Part shown: piece by piece, positions 38,549-48,252 of the stretch
Position numbering within the stretch: position 1 is the first letter of the stretch
Layout of the letters: every line of letters starts with the position of its first letter
Source: Syntrophorhabdaceae bacterium
Lineage (GTDB): Bacteria > Desulfobacterota > Syntrophorhabdia > Syntrophorhabdales > Syntrophorhabdaceae
NCBI GenBank assembly: GCA_963665295.1
Contig: OY762209.1
Span: forward strand, 1,728,001 to 1,792,000
DNA length: 64,000 nucleotides
Direction of reading: 5' to 3'
Notes under the pieces: model-generated
Told to the model about the DNA's origin: nothing
The model's database searches: none
Seen by the model: only the letters and a program-made list of their open reading frames with translations
Translations under genes and position numbers: made by a program

Positions 38549-39004
38549 ATGTCGTCGAGCTTCATTATTCGTTGCCCCCGCTGTGGGGCGAAGAACCGGA
38601 TACCCGGAGAGCGGCGGGGAGAACGGGCCCGTTGCGGGAAATGCGGGAACCCCCTTTCCCTGAAAGGCGCTTTCCCGGAGAGGGCCATCACGGTGACGGA
38701 CTGGAGCTTCCGGGAGGAAGTGATCGATTTCCCCGGGCCCGTAATGATGGAATTCTATTCTCCCGGTTGAGGCTACAGCCAGAGACTGGCCCCGGTTCTG
38801 GAGGAACTGGTACCGCGCTACGCAGGAAGGATAAAGTTCGTGAAGATGGACATAACGTCAAACCGCCTCGTCCCTTCCGAGTACGAGGTCCAGGGCACGC
38901 CCACGCTCATTTTCTTCAAGGGGGGAAGGGTCATCAACAGGGTAACGGGTCTGCTCCCCCGGCAGGACATCGAGAGGGACCTCAATTATCTTGCAAGTCT
39001 ATAG
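38549..39004 (+). CDS. Selenocysteine-containing thioredoxin with N-terminal zinc ribbon (TrxC/Trx2-like), 151 aa
   Basis: CPRC...CGKC ribbon; in-frame TGA 38768-38770 at the catalytic position (FYSPG-U-GYS); the frame continues as a Trx fold (YEVQGTPTLIFFKGG) to TAG 39004. Confidence 0.85.
38779..38801 (+). promoter_or_regulatory. Candidate bacterial SECIS hairpin
   Basis: CCAG-A-GACUG[GCCC]CGGUU-CUGG; apical loop begins with G, 19 nt after the UGA. Confidence 0.65.
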
Positions 39005-39091
39005 ACACGGGCGGGTTGCCGGCCCCCGTACGGACGGATGCACATAACATAAAACATCATTGTCCTGCAACGGATCTGTCTTATTGCGGGA

Positions 39092-40057
39092 TCAGTGCTT
39101 CTTCTTCAGGATCAGCTCGGGCCTTTTGAGAAAAACGTTCATATCGGGAGGCACGGATTCCGTGAGCCACACGTTTCCCCCGATGACCGAGCGCGCGCCG
39201 ATCACCGTGTCGCCGCCGAGGATGGTGGCATTCGCGTAGATGATCACGTCGTCCTCGATGGTGGGGTGGCGCTTCTTGTCCCGGAGCACTTCGCACTCTT
39301 CCTTGGACAGGGACAGGGCCCCGAGGGTGACGCCCTGGTATATCCTCACCCGGTTGCCTATATCCGTGGTTTCTCCGATTACCACGCCCGTGCCGTGGTC
39401 GATGAAGAAGCTTTCCCCCACATGAACGCCGGGGTGGATGTCGATCCCCGTAAGACCGTGGGCATATTCCGTCATCATCCTGGGAATAAGGGGCACCCCC
39501 TGCTCGTGAAGTTGATGGGCCATGCGGTAGACGGTAACGGCAAAGAGGCCGGGGTAGCTGAAGATGATCTCGTCATAGTATTTCGATGCGGGGTCGCCCT
39601 CGTAGGCGGCCTGGATGTCCTTTGCAAGCATTGCCTGCAGGCGGGGTATGTCGTCGAGAAAGTTTATTGCCGCCCTCATGCCCCGTTCTTCGCATTTCGT
39701 GCAGTCGAGGTCGAACCTCAGGCAGTCGTGCCGTACGGCGAAGGTGATCTGGTCCGAGAGTATCTGGTAAAGTTCTACGATATGCTGCCCGAAATAGTAG
39801 GGGAGGTTGACCTCGTCGAGGCATGTCTGTGAAAAATATCCCGGGTAGATGATCCTGAGGGCCCGCCCGATGACATCGATGACCGTTATCCTTGAGGGAA
39901 CAGGCTCAAGCCCCAGGTGGCTGAACCTGCCTTCCTTGTTGTGGACATCAACGATTCTTTGGACTATGGAGGGGATTTCGCTGCGAAAGTCATGGGCGGC
40001 GGACATGTCGATCTTACATTGTCCCTTGTCTTTCTCCTCGTTTCTTCCAGTGCTCAT
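39092..40057 (-). CDS. cysE: Serine O-acetyltransferase
   Basis: GDPA, YPG, TGIDIHPG, FFIDHGTGVVIGET, YQGVTLG, KRHPT; GGAGGAG RBS before ATG 40057. Confidence 0.93.
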   Translation of the reverse strand: MSTGRNEEKDKGQCKIDMSAAHDFRSEIPSIVQRIVDVHNKEGRFSHLGLEPVPSRITVIDVIGRALRIIYPGYFSQTCLDEVNLPYYFGQHIVELYQILSDQITFAVRHDCLRFDLDCTKCEERGMRAAINFLDDIPRLQAMLAKDIQAAYEGDPASKYYDEIIFSYPGLFAVTVYRMAHQLHEQGVPLIPRMMTEYAHGLTGIDIHPGVHVGESFFIDHGTGVVIGETTDIGNRVRIYQGVTLGALSLSKEECEVLRDKKRHPTIEDDVIIYANATILGGDTVIGARSVIGGNVWLTESVPPDMNVFLKRPELILKKKH

Positions 40058-40154
40058 AGCTCCTCCCCGCGCAATATGGTATCTGTGCCAAGTAATAGCA
40101 CAGATCATGCCCGTCTTCAAGCCCCATGAGCGCGGGCGACTTGCCCCTCAAGAG

Positions 40155-40185
40155 AAAAAAGGCAGGGTCTTTCGGCCCTGCCTTT
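40155..40185 (-). terminator. Rho-independent terminator of the DUF1566 gene
   Basis: Minus strand GGCAGGGCC-GAAA-GACCCTGCC followed by T6. Confidence 0.8.
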
Positions 40186-40208
40186 CGTTGCAGCGGAATC
40201 GTGAAGGC

Positions 40209-42182
40209 TTACTTTGTTTTCCCTTTGCCCTTGATGGCCGTTACCACGGGGTTTCTCTTCGGTTCCGGATCGTTTGTGGTGATTTCGAGAGAGGCGTTGA
40301 TTTGCTGCGTGTTGCCAGGGGCAAACTGGATTGATACATCGCAGTAACCGTTCTTCGGCAGCGAGGTGCATGTGCTCGAGTCGACGATCTGAAGGGTCCC
40401 GCTCGTGTCCTTCAGGACTATGGCGGTAAAGGTGAGGTTGGAGACCCCCGTGTTCTTTATACGGATCGACTTGGAAGGCGTGGTGCCCACCTTCACGGCG
40501 CCGAAGTTGAGGCTCGCAGGCGCCGATACCTTGGGTGCGATAAAGCTGACCGCAAGTTTCACCGAGGCGGGGGATTTCGGGTCGTTGGACTCGATTTTGA
40601 GGGACGCGGCTTTTGTGCCCCAGGAATTGGGAGAGGCGGGAAGAGGGGCAACGGCTATCGTGCATGACTCGTTCTTTGCAAGAATGGTCCCTGAGACGCA
40701 CGGGTTTGTCTCGGGGACGATCAACTCGAACTCCGCATCGGAAGGGGCCAGATAGGGAGGTGTGGTGATGGTGAGATGGGATTTTCCCGTGTTTTTCACC
40801 GCAACCGTCTTCGAGGTGAAAGGACCGGCGATATTGAGGTTTCCGAAGCTGAGCGACTGAGGGGCGGCCGCGGCCTTGGGCGGGGTATCGAAGGTGGCGG
40901 TGACGGTCACGTCCGAGGTTATGGTCATGTGGCATGTTGCGCCGTCAGGGGAGGTACAGTTGGTCCACCCGTCAAAGAAAGAGCCTGACGCGACCGTGGC
41001 CGTTATATCCACAACAGCCCCCGTGGAGTAGGTTCCTGTGCAGACCTTCGTTTTTGTGGAGCACGTGAGGCCGTCGGCGCTCACGGTTCCCTTCTTGCTG
41101 CCCCCGAGGATCACGGTGAGCGTGGCTGTTGCCCCAGGCGAACTGACGGGCCAGACAAAAGCGGAGCTACTCTTGTTGTTTCGCCGGGGGGTTCCATGGT
41201 ACATGTCCAACTGCCATGCCCAATTGGTATCCGCCATGCTCGTGGTGGACGACCAGTAGGCGCTCGACTGCACGTTGGTGAAGGGGTGGCCTTCGGGGAG
41301 GCCCGGTTCGTACCGTGACAGATCGCCGAGACTCACCAACTCCTCCCGGTTCGGAAGCCGCCAGTCCGAGGACCCGCAAAGGGTAAGGTCCTTTGCGTAA
41401 CCAAGGGCCTCCTCCCACGTCTTCGAGGCATTGAGGAGGTTTGCATTCTGGGGCCACATAAGGCCCGTAAGGTTATCGGTGACGCACTGGCCGCTCACGA
41501 CGAAGCGTGGGGAAGGCCAGGCAACGCCTTGTTTAAGCGCCCCGTCATCGCCGGTTCCATAAGTAGTCGTCTGACCCGTCCTCCAGAGCTGCGCAGGCAA
41601 CGCCGTATCGCCATGGACAGGCCACACGAAGGCTGTTTCGTTTTCTTTCTCCTTGGTGCTGACGCCTCCCCACCACATCGGCACGACCCATGCGGCGGTG
41701 GAGTCGTAGCATTTTGTGGTGGACGACCAGTAGTAGGGGTAGTCACTCAGACCGGTGAAACCCTGGTTCGTGAGCCAGCCCATGATATCGGCCTCGCCTG
41801 CGTTAAAGAGACTCTCCATCTCGACGATGTTGGGAAGACGCCACCCCGTGGAATAGCCGCAGGCGCTGAAGCTGTTTGCAAAGGCGAGGGCCGCACTCCA
41901 TTTCTTCTCCCCCGAGGGTTTCGCGTTCTTTGTCCACGTGAGCCCGGTGAGGTTGTCGGTGATGCAATCGCCGTTTACCGTGAACCTCGGCTCCGGCCAC
42001 TCGACCCCTGAGCGTACATCCCCGTCCTGCCCTGTGCCCGCGCAAGCGATCTCACTGCCCGCCTCGTTGTAGCACTTCTGTTGTCCTGTCTGAGGAAGCT
42101 GGATTGTGCCTGCCCCGGCAATACCTGCCCATAGACATAGAAAGATGACCGCGGTAACAAAAGATATGATCTTACGTGCCAT
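40209..42182 (-). CDS. Secreted protein with two DUF1566 (Lcl C-terminal) domains plus Ig-like (InlB B-repeat / ASH-type) domains
   Basis: Signal peptide; two copies of DNLTGLxW...WRLPN..E...YWSSTT...AW...VWPV; GSFFDGW; SLSFG/SLNFG Ig repeats. Confidence 0.85.
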   Translation of the reverse strand: MARKIISFVTAVIFLCLWAGIAGAGTIQLPQTGQQKCYNEAGSEIACAGTGQDGDVRSGVEWPEPRFTVNGDCITDNLTGLTWTKNAKPSGEKKWSAALAFANSFSACGYSTGWRLPNIVEMESLFNAGEADIMGWLTNQGFTGLSDYPYYWSSTTKCYDSTAAWVVPMWWGGVSTKEKENETAFVWPVHGDTALPAQLWRTGQTTTYGTGDDGALKQGVAWPSPRFVVSGQCVTDNLTGLMWPQNANLLNASKTWEEALGYAKDLTLCGSSDWRLPNREELVSLGDLSRYEPGLPEGHPFTNVQSSAYWSSTTSMADTNWAWQLDMYHGTPRRNNKSSSAFVWPVSSPGATATLTVILGGSKKGTVSADGLTCSTKTKVCTGTYSTGAVVDITATVASGSFFDGWTNCTSPDGATCHMTITSDVTVTATFDTPPKAAAAPQSLSFGNLNIAGPFTSKTVAVKNTGKSHLTITTPPYLAPSDAEFELIVPETNPCVSGTILAKNESCTIAVAPLPASPNSWGTKAASLKIESNDPKSPASVKLAVSFIAPKVSAPASLNFGAVKVGTTPSKSIRIKNTGVSNLTFTAIVLKDTSGTLQIVDSSTCTSLPKNGYCDVSIQFAPGNTQQINASLEITTNDPEPKRNPVVTAIKGKGKTK

Positions 42183-42443
42183 ATCGTCCCCCCCCTGTTC
42201 GATATTTTGTGAATATGGACCGTCCCGCAGTTAGACTGCGAAGGACTGTCCGAAAACTCAAATGGGATAACAGCGCGTTGTTTTCTCTCGGGAGCCCCCA
42301 CTCCACGTTCCTGATTTATAAGGTATATTTTACACCCCTCGCCTCCCCGTTTCAAGAATTAAAAATTCTGCTCCCGCCAAAACCAAGGCAGCGCAAGGTG
42401 CCACAGATTTTTGTTTCATGGGCCGGTAGTCTTGCCTTATACT

Positions 42444-43439
42444 ATGACCATGAAAAATATTCTTGAGTATCTTCAAACCATAGGTCTTTACGACAGGCTT
42501 TTTGATTCCGCTCTGGCTGTCGTGTTCTTTATCTTCCTTCACCGGTTGCTTGTAAAGGTTTTTCTCCAGTTCTCCCACGACAAGCAGAGAGAGTTCCTGT
42601 GGCGGAAAGGGGCCATGTACTGCTCCGTATTCGTCCTCGGTTTCCTTCTGTCATTTATCTGGCTTCGCGGTTTCCATGCCTTGAGTACCTACTTCGGCCT
42701 CCTGTCGGCAGGCCTGGCCGTTGCCCTCAAGGACCCCCTCACGAACCTTGCGGGATGGCTGTTTATCATTGCCCGAAAGCCCTTCGAGACGGGGGACAGG
42801 GTGCAGGTCGGGGATTACGCGGGGGACGTGATCGACATCGACATTTTTCAGTTTACCCTGATGGAATCGGGTACCTCCGGGATTGACAAGGACATGCGGA
42901 CGGGAAGGCTCGTAAAGATTTCCAACAGTGCCGTATTTACGGAACCCCAGGTCAATTTCACCAAGGGCTGGTTTGAATACATCTGGAGTATCATTGAGGT
43001 ACATATTACCTTGGAGAGTAACTGGAAGAAGGCCAAAGCCATAGTCGAGGAGATAATCAACGCCGAGGGCATGGATGCGTGCGCAAAGGCCAGGGTGACC
43101 ATGAGCGAGGCATCGGAGACATGCATGGTCCTCGAAATGTCCGTGGAACCCCGGGTCCTCATGGAGGTGGATGAGAAGGGCGTGAAGCTCACGGCCCTTT
43201 ATCTTTGCGACCCCCGCGTCCAGAGGTCATCGACCAGCGAGGTCTGGGAGCGCCTGCTGGACAGGTTTTTGACGGAAGACGACATATCTTTCGCCTATGT
43301 AACGCAGAGAAGCTTCAACAATCTCACTGAAGGAAAACAGGCGACCGGGGCCGGGGCTGCCCGGACTCCCAAGAAGAAGATGGGCGAAAAACCTCCTCAG
43401 CAATCCGGTGGCCCTCTTTTTGAGAACAAGACGACCTGA
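42444..43439 (+). CDS. MscS-family mechanosensitive channel
   Basis: GLAVALKDPLTNLAGW, PFETGDRV..GDVIDI. Confidence 0.88.
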   Translation: MTMKNILEYLQTIGLYDRLFDSALAVVFFIFLHRLLVKVFLQFSHDKQREFLWRKGAMYCSVFVLGFLLSFIWLRGFHALSTYFGLLSAGLAVALKDPLTNLAGWLFIIARKPFETGDRVQVGDYAGDVIDIDIFQFTLMESGTSGIDKDMRTGRLVKISNSAVFTEPQVNFTKGWFEYIWSIIEVHITLESNWKKAKAIVEEIINAEGMDACAKARVTMSEASETCMVLEMSVEPRVLMEVDEKGVKLTALYLCDPRVQRSSTSEVWERLLDRFLTEDDISFAYVTQRSFNNLTEGKQATGAGAARTPKKKMGEKPPQQSGGPLFENKTT

Positions 43440-43442
43440 TCC

Positions 43443-43910
43443 ATGGGATATTTTGCCGTCATAGGAAAAGTGAAGGGCCTCCCCGTTCTTTGCGCCCTGC
43501 TCGGCGCGTCGCTGCTCATTCCCTGCCCTTTGTGCGCGTTCAAGGCAGCGGATGTGGATAAGCTGATGAAAACAAAGAAATGCCAGTGGTGCGATCTCGG
43601 TAACGCGGACCTTTCGGGGGCAAAGCTCTCCGGCGCGGACCTCTCGGGCTCCAATTTGGCCGGAGCCGTGCTCGCCGGAGCGGACCTCTCGCAAGCCGAC
43701 CTGTCAAGCGCGTACCTGCGTAAGGCAAACCTCTCGGGCGCAAATCTTACGGATGCCTATCTGAACGACGCGAATCTGACAGGGGCCGATATGACGGACG
43801 CCAACCTGTCCGATGCGGAACTTACGGGCGCCATCTGGACGAACGGGGCAAAGTGCGACACGGGTTCGGTGGAAAAGTGCAAGATCCCCAATCTCCTCGG
43901 CTGGGAATGA
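43443..43910 (+). CDS. Exported pentapeptide-repeat protein
   Basis: CQWCDL followed by A(D/N)LSG repeats. Confidence 0.9.
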   Translation: MGYFAVIGKVKGLPVLCALLGASLLIPCPLCAFKAADVDKLMKTKKCQWCDLGNADLSGAKLSGADLSGSNLAGAVLAGADLSQADLSSAYLRKANLSGANLTDAYLNDANLTGADMTDANLSDAELTGAIWTNGAKCDTGSVEKCKIPNLLGWE

Positions 43911-43929
43911 CTCCGGGTTCCGGTGGGCC

Positions 43930-44223
43930 TTACTTTACGGGTATCACGTCACGGCATTCGGTAAGGCAGCGGGAGTACTCCCCTATCTCCAGTTCAACCT
44001 CGTCCTGATATTTCGTTTTGTTCAGCGTTCCGGCGTATTCTTCAGAGAGTTTTGCCATCTTCTCCGAATGACGGGCAAGGCACTGCTGCTGGCATTGAGG
44101 TGCGTCACCCCTCTTTACCTTCCCGCGAGCCGCCGAGGGTGAAAGGGTGAGAAAAAAGAAGGCCGATACGAGGAGAATAATCATTATTGCGACACAACGT
44201 GATGTTTTCATTGAATACCCCAT
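43930..44223 (-). CDS. Small secreted Cys-containing helical protein
   Basis: Signal peptide; CQQQC...CLTEC; AGAAAGGA RBS. Confidence 0.6.
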   Translation of the reverse strand: MGYSMKTSRCVAIMIILLVSAFFFLTLSPSAARGKVKRGDAPQCQQQCLARHSEKMAKLSEEYAGTLNKTKYQDEVELEIGEYSRCLTECRDVIPVK

Positions 44224-44380
44224 CCTTTCTCCAATTTTAGAAGAACCTGCGTAAAGATGGTATCAAAATATTTGTGGGCCCCATAAAGATAATATAAGGA
44301 CGGACCGGGGGATTTTCTCGTGCGGCGGACGCCGGGACGGACGTTTTCCCGCCGCCGTGGGGCGCGACCTGCAAAAACGA

Positions 44381-44409
44381 TTGACAGCCCTGGAACTTTT
44401 GATTAGATT
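44381..44409 (+). promoter_or_regulatory. sigma70 promoter of the gap operon
   Basis: TTGACA-N17-TAGATT with TGn extension. Confidence 0.7.
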
Positions 44410-44459
44410 AGTACTATCACAAAAAATTCAGTGCTACAAAAATCAAGGAGGAGGTTTCC

Positions 44460-45455
44460 ATGTCTATCAGAGTCGGCATCAACGGATTTGGCAGAATAGG
44501 GCGGCTGGTCTTCAGGGCGGGCTTCAGGAACAAAGATGTGGAATTCGTTGCAGCGAACGACCTCACGGACGCAAAGACACTTGGACACCTCTTGAAATAC
44601 GATTCGGTCCACGGGATTCTCGACGCGGAGGTCAAGACGACGGAGAATTCGATCATCGTGGACGGGAAAGAGATGAAAACGCTGTCGGTGAGAGACCCGG
44701 CCACGTTGCCCTGGAAAGACCTGGACATAGATGTGGCCCTTGACTCAACCGGGCGGTTTACGGACAGGGAAGGGGCTGAGAAGCACATCACGGCGGGAGC
44801 GAAGAAGGTTGTTATCTCCGCGCCGGCCAAGAATCCTGATGTGACTTTTGTCCTTGGTGTGAACCAGGAGGTTTACGACAAGACGAAGCATCACATTATC
44901 TCCATGGGCTCCTGCACCACGAACGGTCTCGCCCCCATCGTGAAGATCCTTCATAACGAATTCGGCATCGATTATGGTCTCATGACCACGATTCACGCAT
45001 ATACCAACGATCAGGTGATCCAGGACGAGCCCCACAAGGACTTGAGAAGGGCCAGGGCGGCAGGCCTGTCCATGATCCCCACTACGACGGGCGCGGCCAA
45101 GGCCATCGGAGAGATAATCCCCGAGTTGAAAGGAAGACTGGACGGTTTTTCTGTCCGGGTGCCTCTCCCCAACGTATCTCTCGTCGATTTTGTCGCCACC
45201 TTGCAGAGACATGTGACCAAGGAGGAAGTGAACGCAAAACTGGTGCAGTACGCGGAAGGCCCCATGAAGGGCTATCTCTTCTGCAGCAACGAGCCCCTCG
45301 TTTCGAGGGACTACAACCACAACCCCGCCTCCAGCACCGTGGACCTGCCCAATACCATGGCCATCGGCAACACGGTGAAGGTAGTCTCCTGGTATGACAA
45401 TGAGTGGGGTTTTTCGAGCAGAATGGCTGAGCTTCTTACTTTCATCATGAAATGA
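44460..45455 (+). CDS. gap: Glyceraldehyde-3-phosphate dehydrogenase, type I
   Basis: GINGFGRIGR, SCTTN, WYDNEWG. Confidence 0.97.
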   Translation: MSIRVGINGFGRIGRLVFRAGFRNKDVEFVAANDLTDAKTLGHLLKYDSVHGILDAEVKTTENSIIVDGKEMKTLSVRDPATLPWKDLDIDVALDSTGRFTDREGAEKHITAGAKKVVISAPAKNPDVTFVLGVNQEVYDKTKHHIISMGSCTTNGLAPIVKILHNEFGIDYGLMTTIHAYTNDQVIQDEPHKDLRRARAAGLSMIPTTTGAAKAIGEIIPELKGRLDGFSVRVPLPNVSLVDFVATLQRHVTKEEVNAKLVQYAEGPMKGYLFCSNEPLVSRDYNHNPASSTVDLPNTMAIGNTVKVVSWYDNEWGFSSRMAELLTFIMK

Positions 45456-45508
45456 GGGTTTGCAGTCTGAGGCTCCGCTTGTCTTCAATAAATCGATAGG
45501 AGCGAAGC

Positions 45509-46687
45509 ATGAAAAGTATAGACCAGATAGACCTTGGCGGTAAAAAGGTTCTCATCCGTGTTGATTTCAATGTGCCGACGGATGATCAGGGCAACATTAC
45601 GGATGACACGAGAGTAAAGGCACATTTACGGACCATCGATTACGCGGTGGGCAAGGGCGCAAAAGTGATCCTTGCATCCCACATGGGGAGACCCAAGGGG
45701 AAGAAGAACGATAAATACAGCCTGAAACAGGTGGCAGTGCGGTTGGCGGAGCTTTCGGGAAAGAAAGTAACCTTCATCGACGATTGCGTCGGCGAGAAGG
45801 TGGAGAGTGCCGTGGCGGCAATGAAGGACGGCGACGTGATACTCCTCGAGAACCTCAGGTTCTACATCGGCGAGGAAAAGAACGACCCCGAGTTTGCGAA
45901 ACAGCTTGCGGGGCTTTGCGATGTGTATATCGACGATGCCTTTGCCGTTTCCCACAGAGCAGCCGCATCGAACACGGCAATCACGGGCTTTGTGAAGACC
46001 TGCGCTGCAGGCTTCCTGCTCAAAGACGAAATCGAATATTTCAACAAGGCCATGGGTAATCCCGTGAGACCTCTCGCCGCCATCATCGGCGGGGCAAAGG
46101 TCTCGGACAAGATAGGGGTCCTCGAAAAGGTGATCGAGAAGGTTGACACCCTCATTGTCGGCGGGGCAATGGCTTTCACCTTCCTGAAGGCAAAAGGTTA
46201 CGAGATAGGAAAGTCCCGGTGCGAAGAGGACATGCTCGACCTCGCGCGGGGCATCATGGAGAAGGCGAAAGGCCGCAACGTGAAGCTCTGTCTTCCCGTG
46301 GACACGGTAATTGCCGAGCAGCCGGCGGCCGACGCGGTGGTGAAGGTCTGCACCGTGGAAGAGATGCCGAAAGACTGGATGGGCCTCGACATCGGGCCGA
46401 AGACAATCGAGATGTTTTCCGAGGCAGTCAAGGAAGCAAAGACCATCGTCTGGAACGGACCTCTCGGCATGTTCGAGCTCGCGCCCTTCAGCAAGGGCAC
46501 CTTCAGCCTGGTGCACGCGGTAGCGAACTCCGGCGCACTCACCATAGTGGGCGGAGGGGATACGGATACGGCGGTCCATCAGGCCGGTGAAAGCGCGAAG
46601 ATATCTTATATCTCCACCGGCGGCGGCGCATTCCTTGAACTGCTTGAAGGCAAGACCCTGCCCGGAGTAGCCGCTCTGGAAGGATGA
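45509..46687 (+). CDS. pgk: Phosphoglycerate kinase
   Basis: RVDFNVP, LLENLRF, GGAKVSDKI, STGGGAFLE. Confidence 0.97.
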   Translation: MKSIDQIDLGGKKVLIRVDFNVPTDDQGNITDDTRVKAHLRTIDYAVGKGAKVILASHMGRPKGKKNDKYSLKQVAVRLAELSGKKVTFIDDCVGEKVESAVAAMKDGDVILLENLRFYIGEEKNDPEFAKQLAGLCDVYIDDAFAVSHRAAASNTAITGFVKTCAAGFLLKDEIEYFNKAMGNPVRPLAAIIGGAKVSDKIGVLEKVIEKVDTLIVGGAMAFTFLKAKGYEIGKSRCEEDMLDLARGIMEKAKGRNVKLCLPVDTVIAEQPAADAVVKVCTVEEMPKDWMGLDIGPKTIEMFSEAVKEAKTIVWNGPLGMFELAPFSKGTFSLVHAVANSGALTIVGGGDTDTAVHQAGESAKISYISTGGGAFLELLEGKTLPGVAALEG

Positions 46688-46698
46688 GGAGGTAACCC

Positions 46699-47478
46699 GT
46701 GGTAAACTGGAAACCCGTGAGAACGTGGATGGTTGCAGGGAACTGGAAGATGCACAATACGATCCCTGAAGCAGTGGCCCTGGCCGGAGAGCTTAAGAGA
46801 GAGACCATGGCGGTCGAGAGAGGCGAGGTGGTGATCGCGCCTGCTTTTACCGCGCTACGGGCCGTGTACGATGTGATCAAGGTCTCCCGTGTAACCCTCG
46901 CGGCGCAGAATATGTTTTACGAGGAAAAAGGGGCGTACACAGGAGAAATCTCCCCCCTTATGCTCAAAGACGCGGGCTGCACCTATGCGATCATAGGTCA
47001 TTCGGAACGAAGGAAGTATTTCCATGAAACGGATGAGACGGTGAATCTCAAGATAAAGAAGTGCCTGGCCCTCGGCCTCAAGCCGATCCTTTGCGTAGGG
47101 GAAACCCTCGAGGAACGCGAACAGGGAGTGACCGAATTCGTAGTGGGCAATCAGGTGAAGAGAGGGCTTTACGGCGTGAAGGACCTTGGCGACGTGGTCG
47201 TTGCCTACGAGCCCGTATGGGCCATCGGAACAGGCAAGAATGCGCTCCCCATAGAGGCCGAGGAAGTCCACAGGTTCATACGGCAGGTGGTGGGCGTGAC
47301 CTTCGGCGACGCATGCAAAGAATTAAGAATATTATATGGAGGGAGTGTAACTCCTGAGAATATCGCCGATTTAATCGATATGGAAGACATAGACGGCGCA
47401 TTGGTAGGCGGAGCATCCTTGAAAGCCGAGAACTTTCTTGGTATAATAAGAAAAGTCGTGGAGAGAAGAGAATGTTGA
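46699..47478 (+). CDS. tpiA: Triosephosphate isomerase
   Basis: AGNWKM, GHSERR, AYEPVWAIGTG, LVGGASL. Confidence 0.97.
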   Translation: MVNWKPVRTWMVAGNWKMHNTIPEAVALAGELKRETMAVERGEVVIAPAFTALRAVYDVIKVSRVTLAAQNMFYEEKGAYTGEISPLMLKDAGCTYAIIGHSERRKYFHETDETVNLKIKKCLALGLKPILCVGETLEEREQGVTEFVVGNQVKRGLYGVKDLGDVVVAYEPVWAIGTGKNALPIEAEEVHRFIRQVVGVTFGDACKELRILYGGSVTPENIADLIDMEDIDGALVGGASLKAENFLGIIRKVVERREC

Positions 47479-47705
47479 CAGCAATAGGCATAGTTCATGT
47501 GTTGGTTTCGATAGCCCTTATATTCATAGTGCTCCTGCAGACAGGGAGAGGCTCGGAGATCGGGGCGGCTTTTGGCAGCGGTTCGAGCCAGACCCTTTTC
47601 GGAAGTTCGGGCTCGTCGGTCTTCATGACCAAGATGACCACCGCGGCGGTAGTAATTTTTATGGTTACAAGCATGTTGCTTGCATATTTTTATAGCCATA
47701 GGTAG
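47472..47705 (+). CDS. secG: Preprotein translocase subunit SecG
   Basis: VLLQTGRG...FGSG.SQTLFG; canonical tpiA-secG-tRNA-Leu synteny. Confidence 0.93.
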   Translation: MLTAIGIVHVLVSIALIFIVLLQTGRGSEIGAAFGSGSSQTLFGSSGSSVFMTKMTTAAVVIFMVTSMLLAYFYSHR

Positions 47706-47769
47706 TCGTTTTGTGGTAAAAGTTTTCGTCGGACGTTTCCGGCGAGAAGTGATAGAGAAAACGTTTGAT

Positions 47770-47854
47770 GCCGAAGTGGTGGAATTGGCAGACACACCAT
47801 CTTGAGGGGGTGGCGGGGAGACTCGTGCGGGTTCAAATCCCGCCTTCGGCACCA
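47770..47854 (+). tRNA. tRNA-Leu (GAG)
   Basis: Acceptor GCCGAAG/CTTCGGC, anticodon arm CCATC-TTGAGGG-GGTGG, long variable arm, GGTTCAAATCC, encoded CCA. Confidence 0.96.
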
Positions 47855-47872
47855 TTAACATTTACGCAGTGC

Positions 47873-47902
47873 AAGGGCTACCGGTAAGGTGGCCCTTTTT
47901 TT
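47873..47902 (+). terminator. Rho-independent terminator after tRNA-Leu
   Basis: AAGGGCTACC-GGTAA-GGTGGCCCTT followed by a T run. Confidence 0.85.
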
Positions 47903-48169
47903 ATGCCTTACCCTTACCCGGGTTGTCGGCAATATTCAATCCCTCCGTGGCCGGTAATTCGATTTGCGTCCGTCAATATGCGTGACTGGCCGCCCCTGCC
48001 CGCTTCACTCCACCTTTGTGAGGGTTGCGGTGATGCTTCCCGGGTGTTTTTCTTCGCGTCGCGGTAAGGCTGGTCCCCACCTTCTTCCGAGGGTAAAACC
48101 TGGGTCCTATTCCCTGTTCGGGGAAACTTCGGGCTGAAAGGGCTCTTTTCTATTTACACATGTTTTCAT

Positions 48170-48190
48170 TTGACAATAAACTACTGTCAA
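48170..48190. promoter_or_regulatory. Inverted repeat TTGACA-N9-TGTCAA, putative operator overlapping a -35 element
   Basis: Perfect 6-bp inverted repeat about 60 nt upstream of the SNF2 start. Confidence 0.5.
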
Positions 48191-48252
48191 GGTTGATGAC
48201 CGCCTGGACGACACGGCATCGGGATTGGGAATTACGCGGAGGAGAGGACGGG

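Noticed and set aside
43590..43830. 15-bp periodic DNA repeats
   Set aside because: Explained by pentapeptide-repeat coding
44404..44424. Rex operator at the gap promoter
   Set aside because: Only the TCACAA half-site matches
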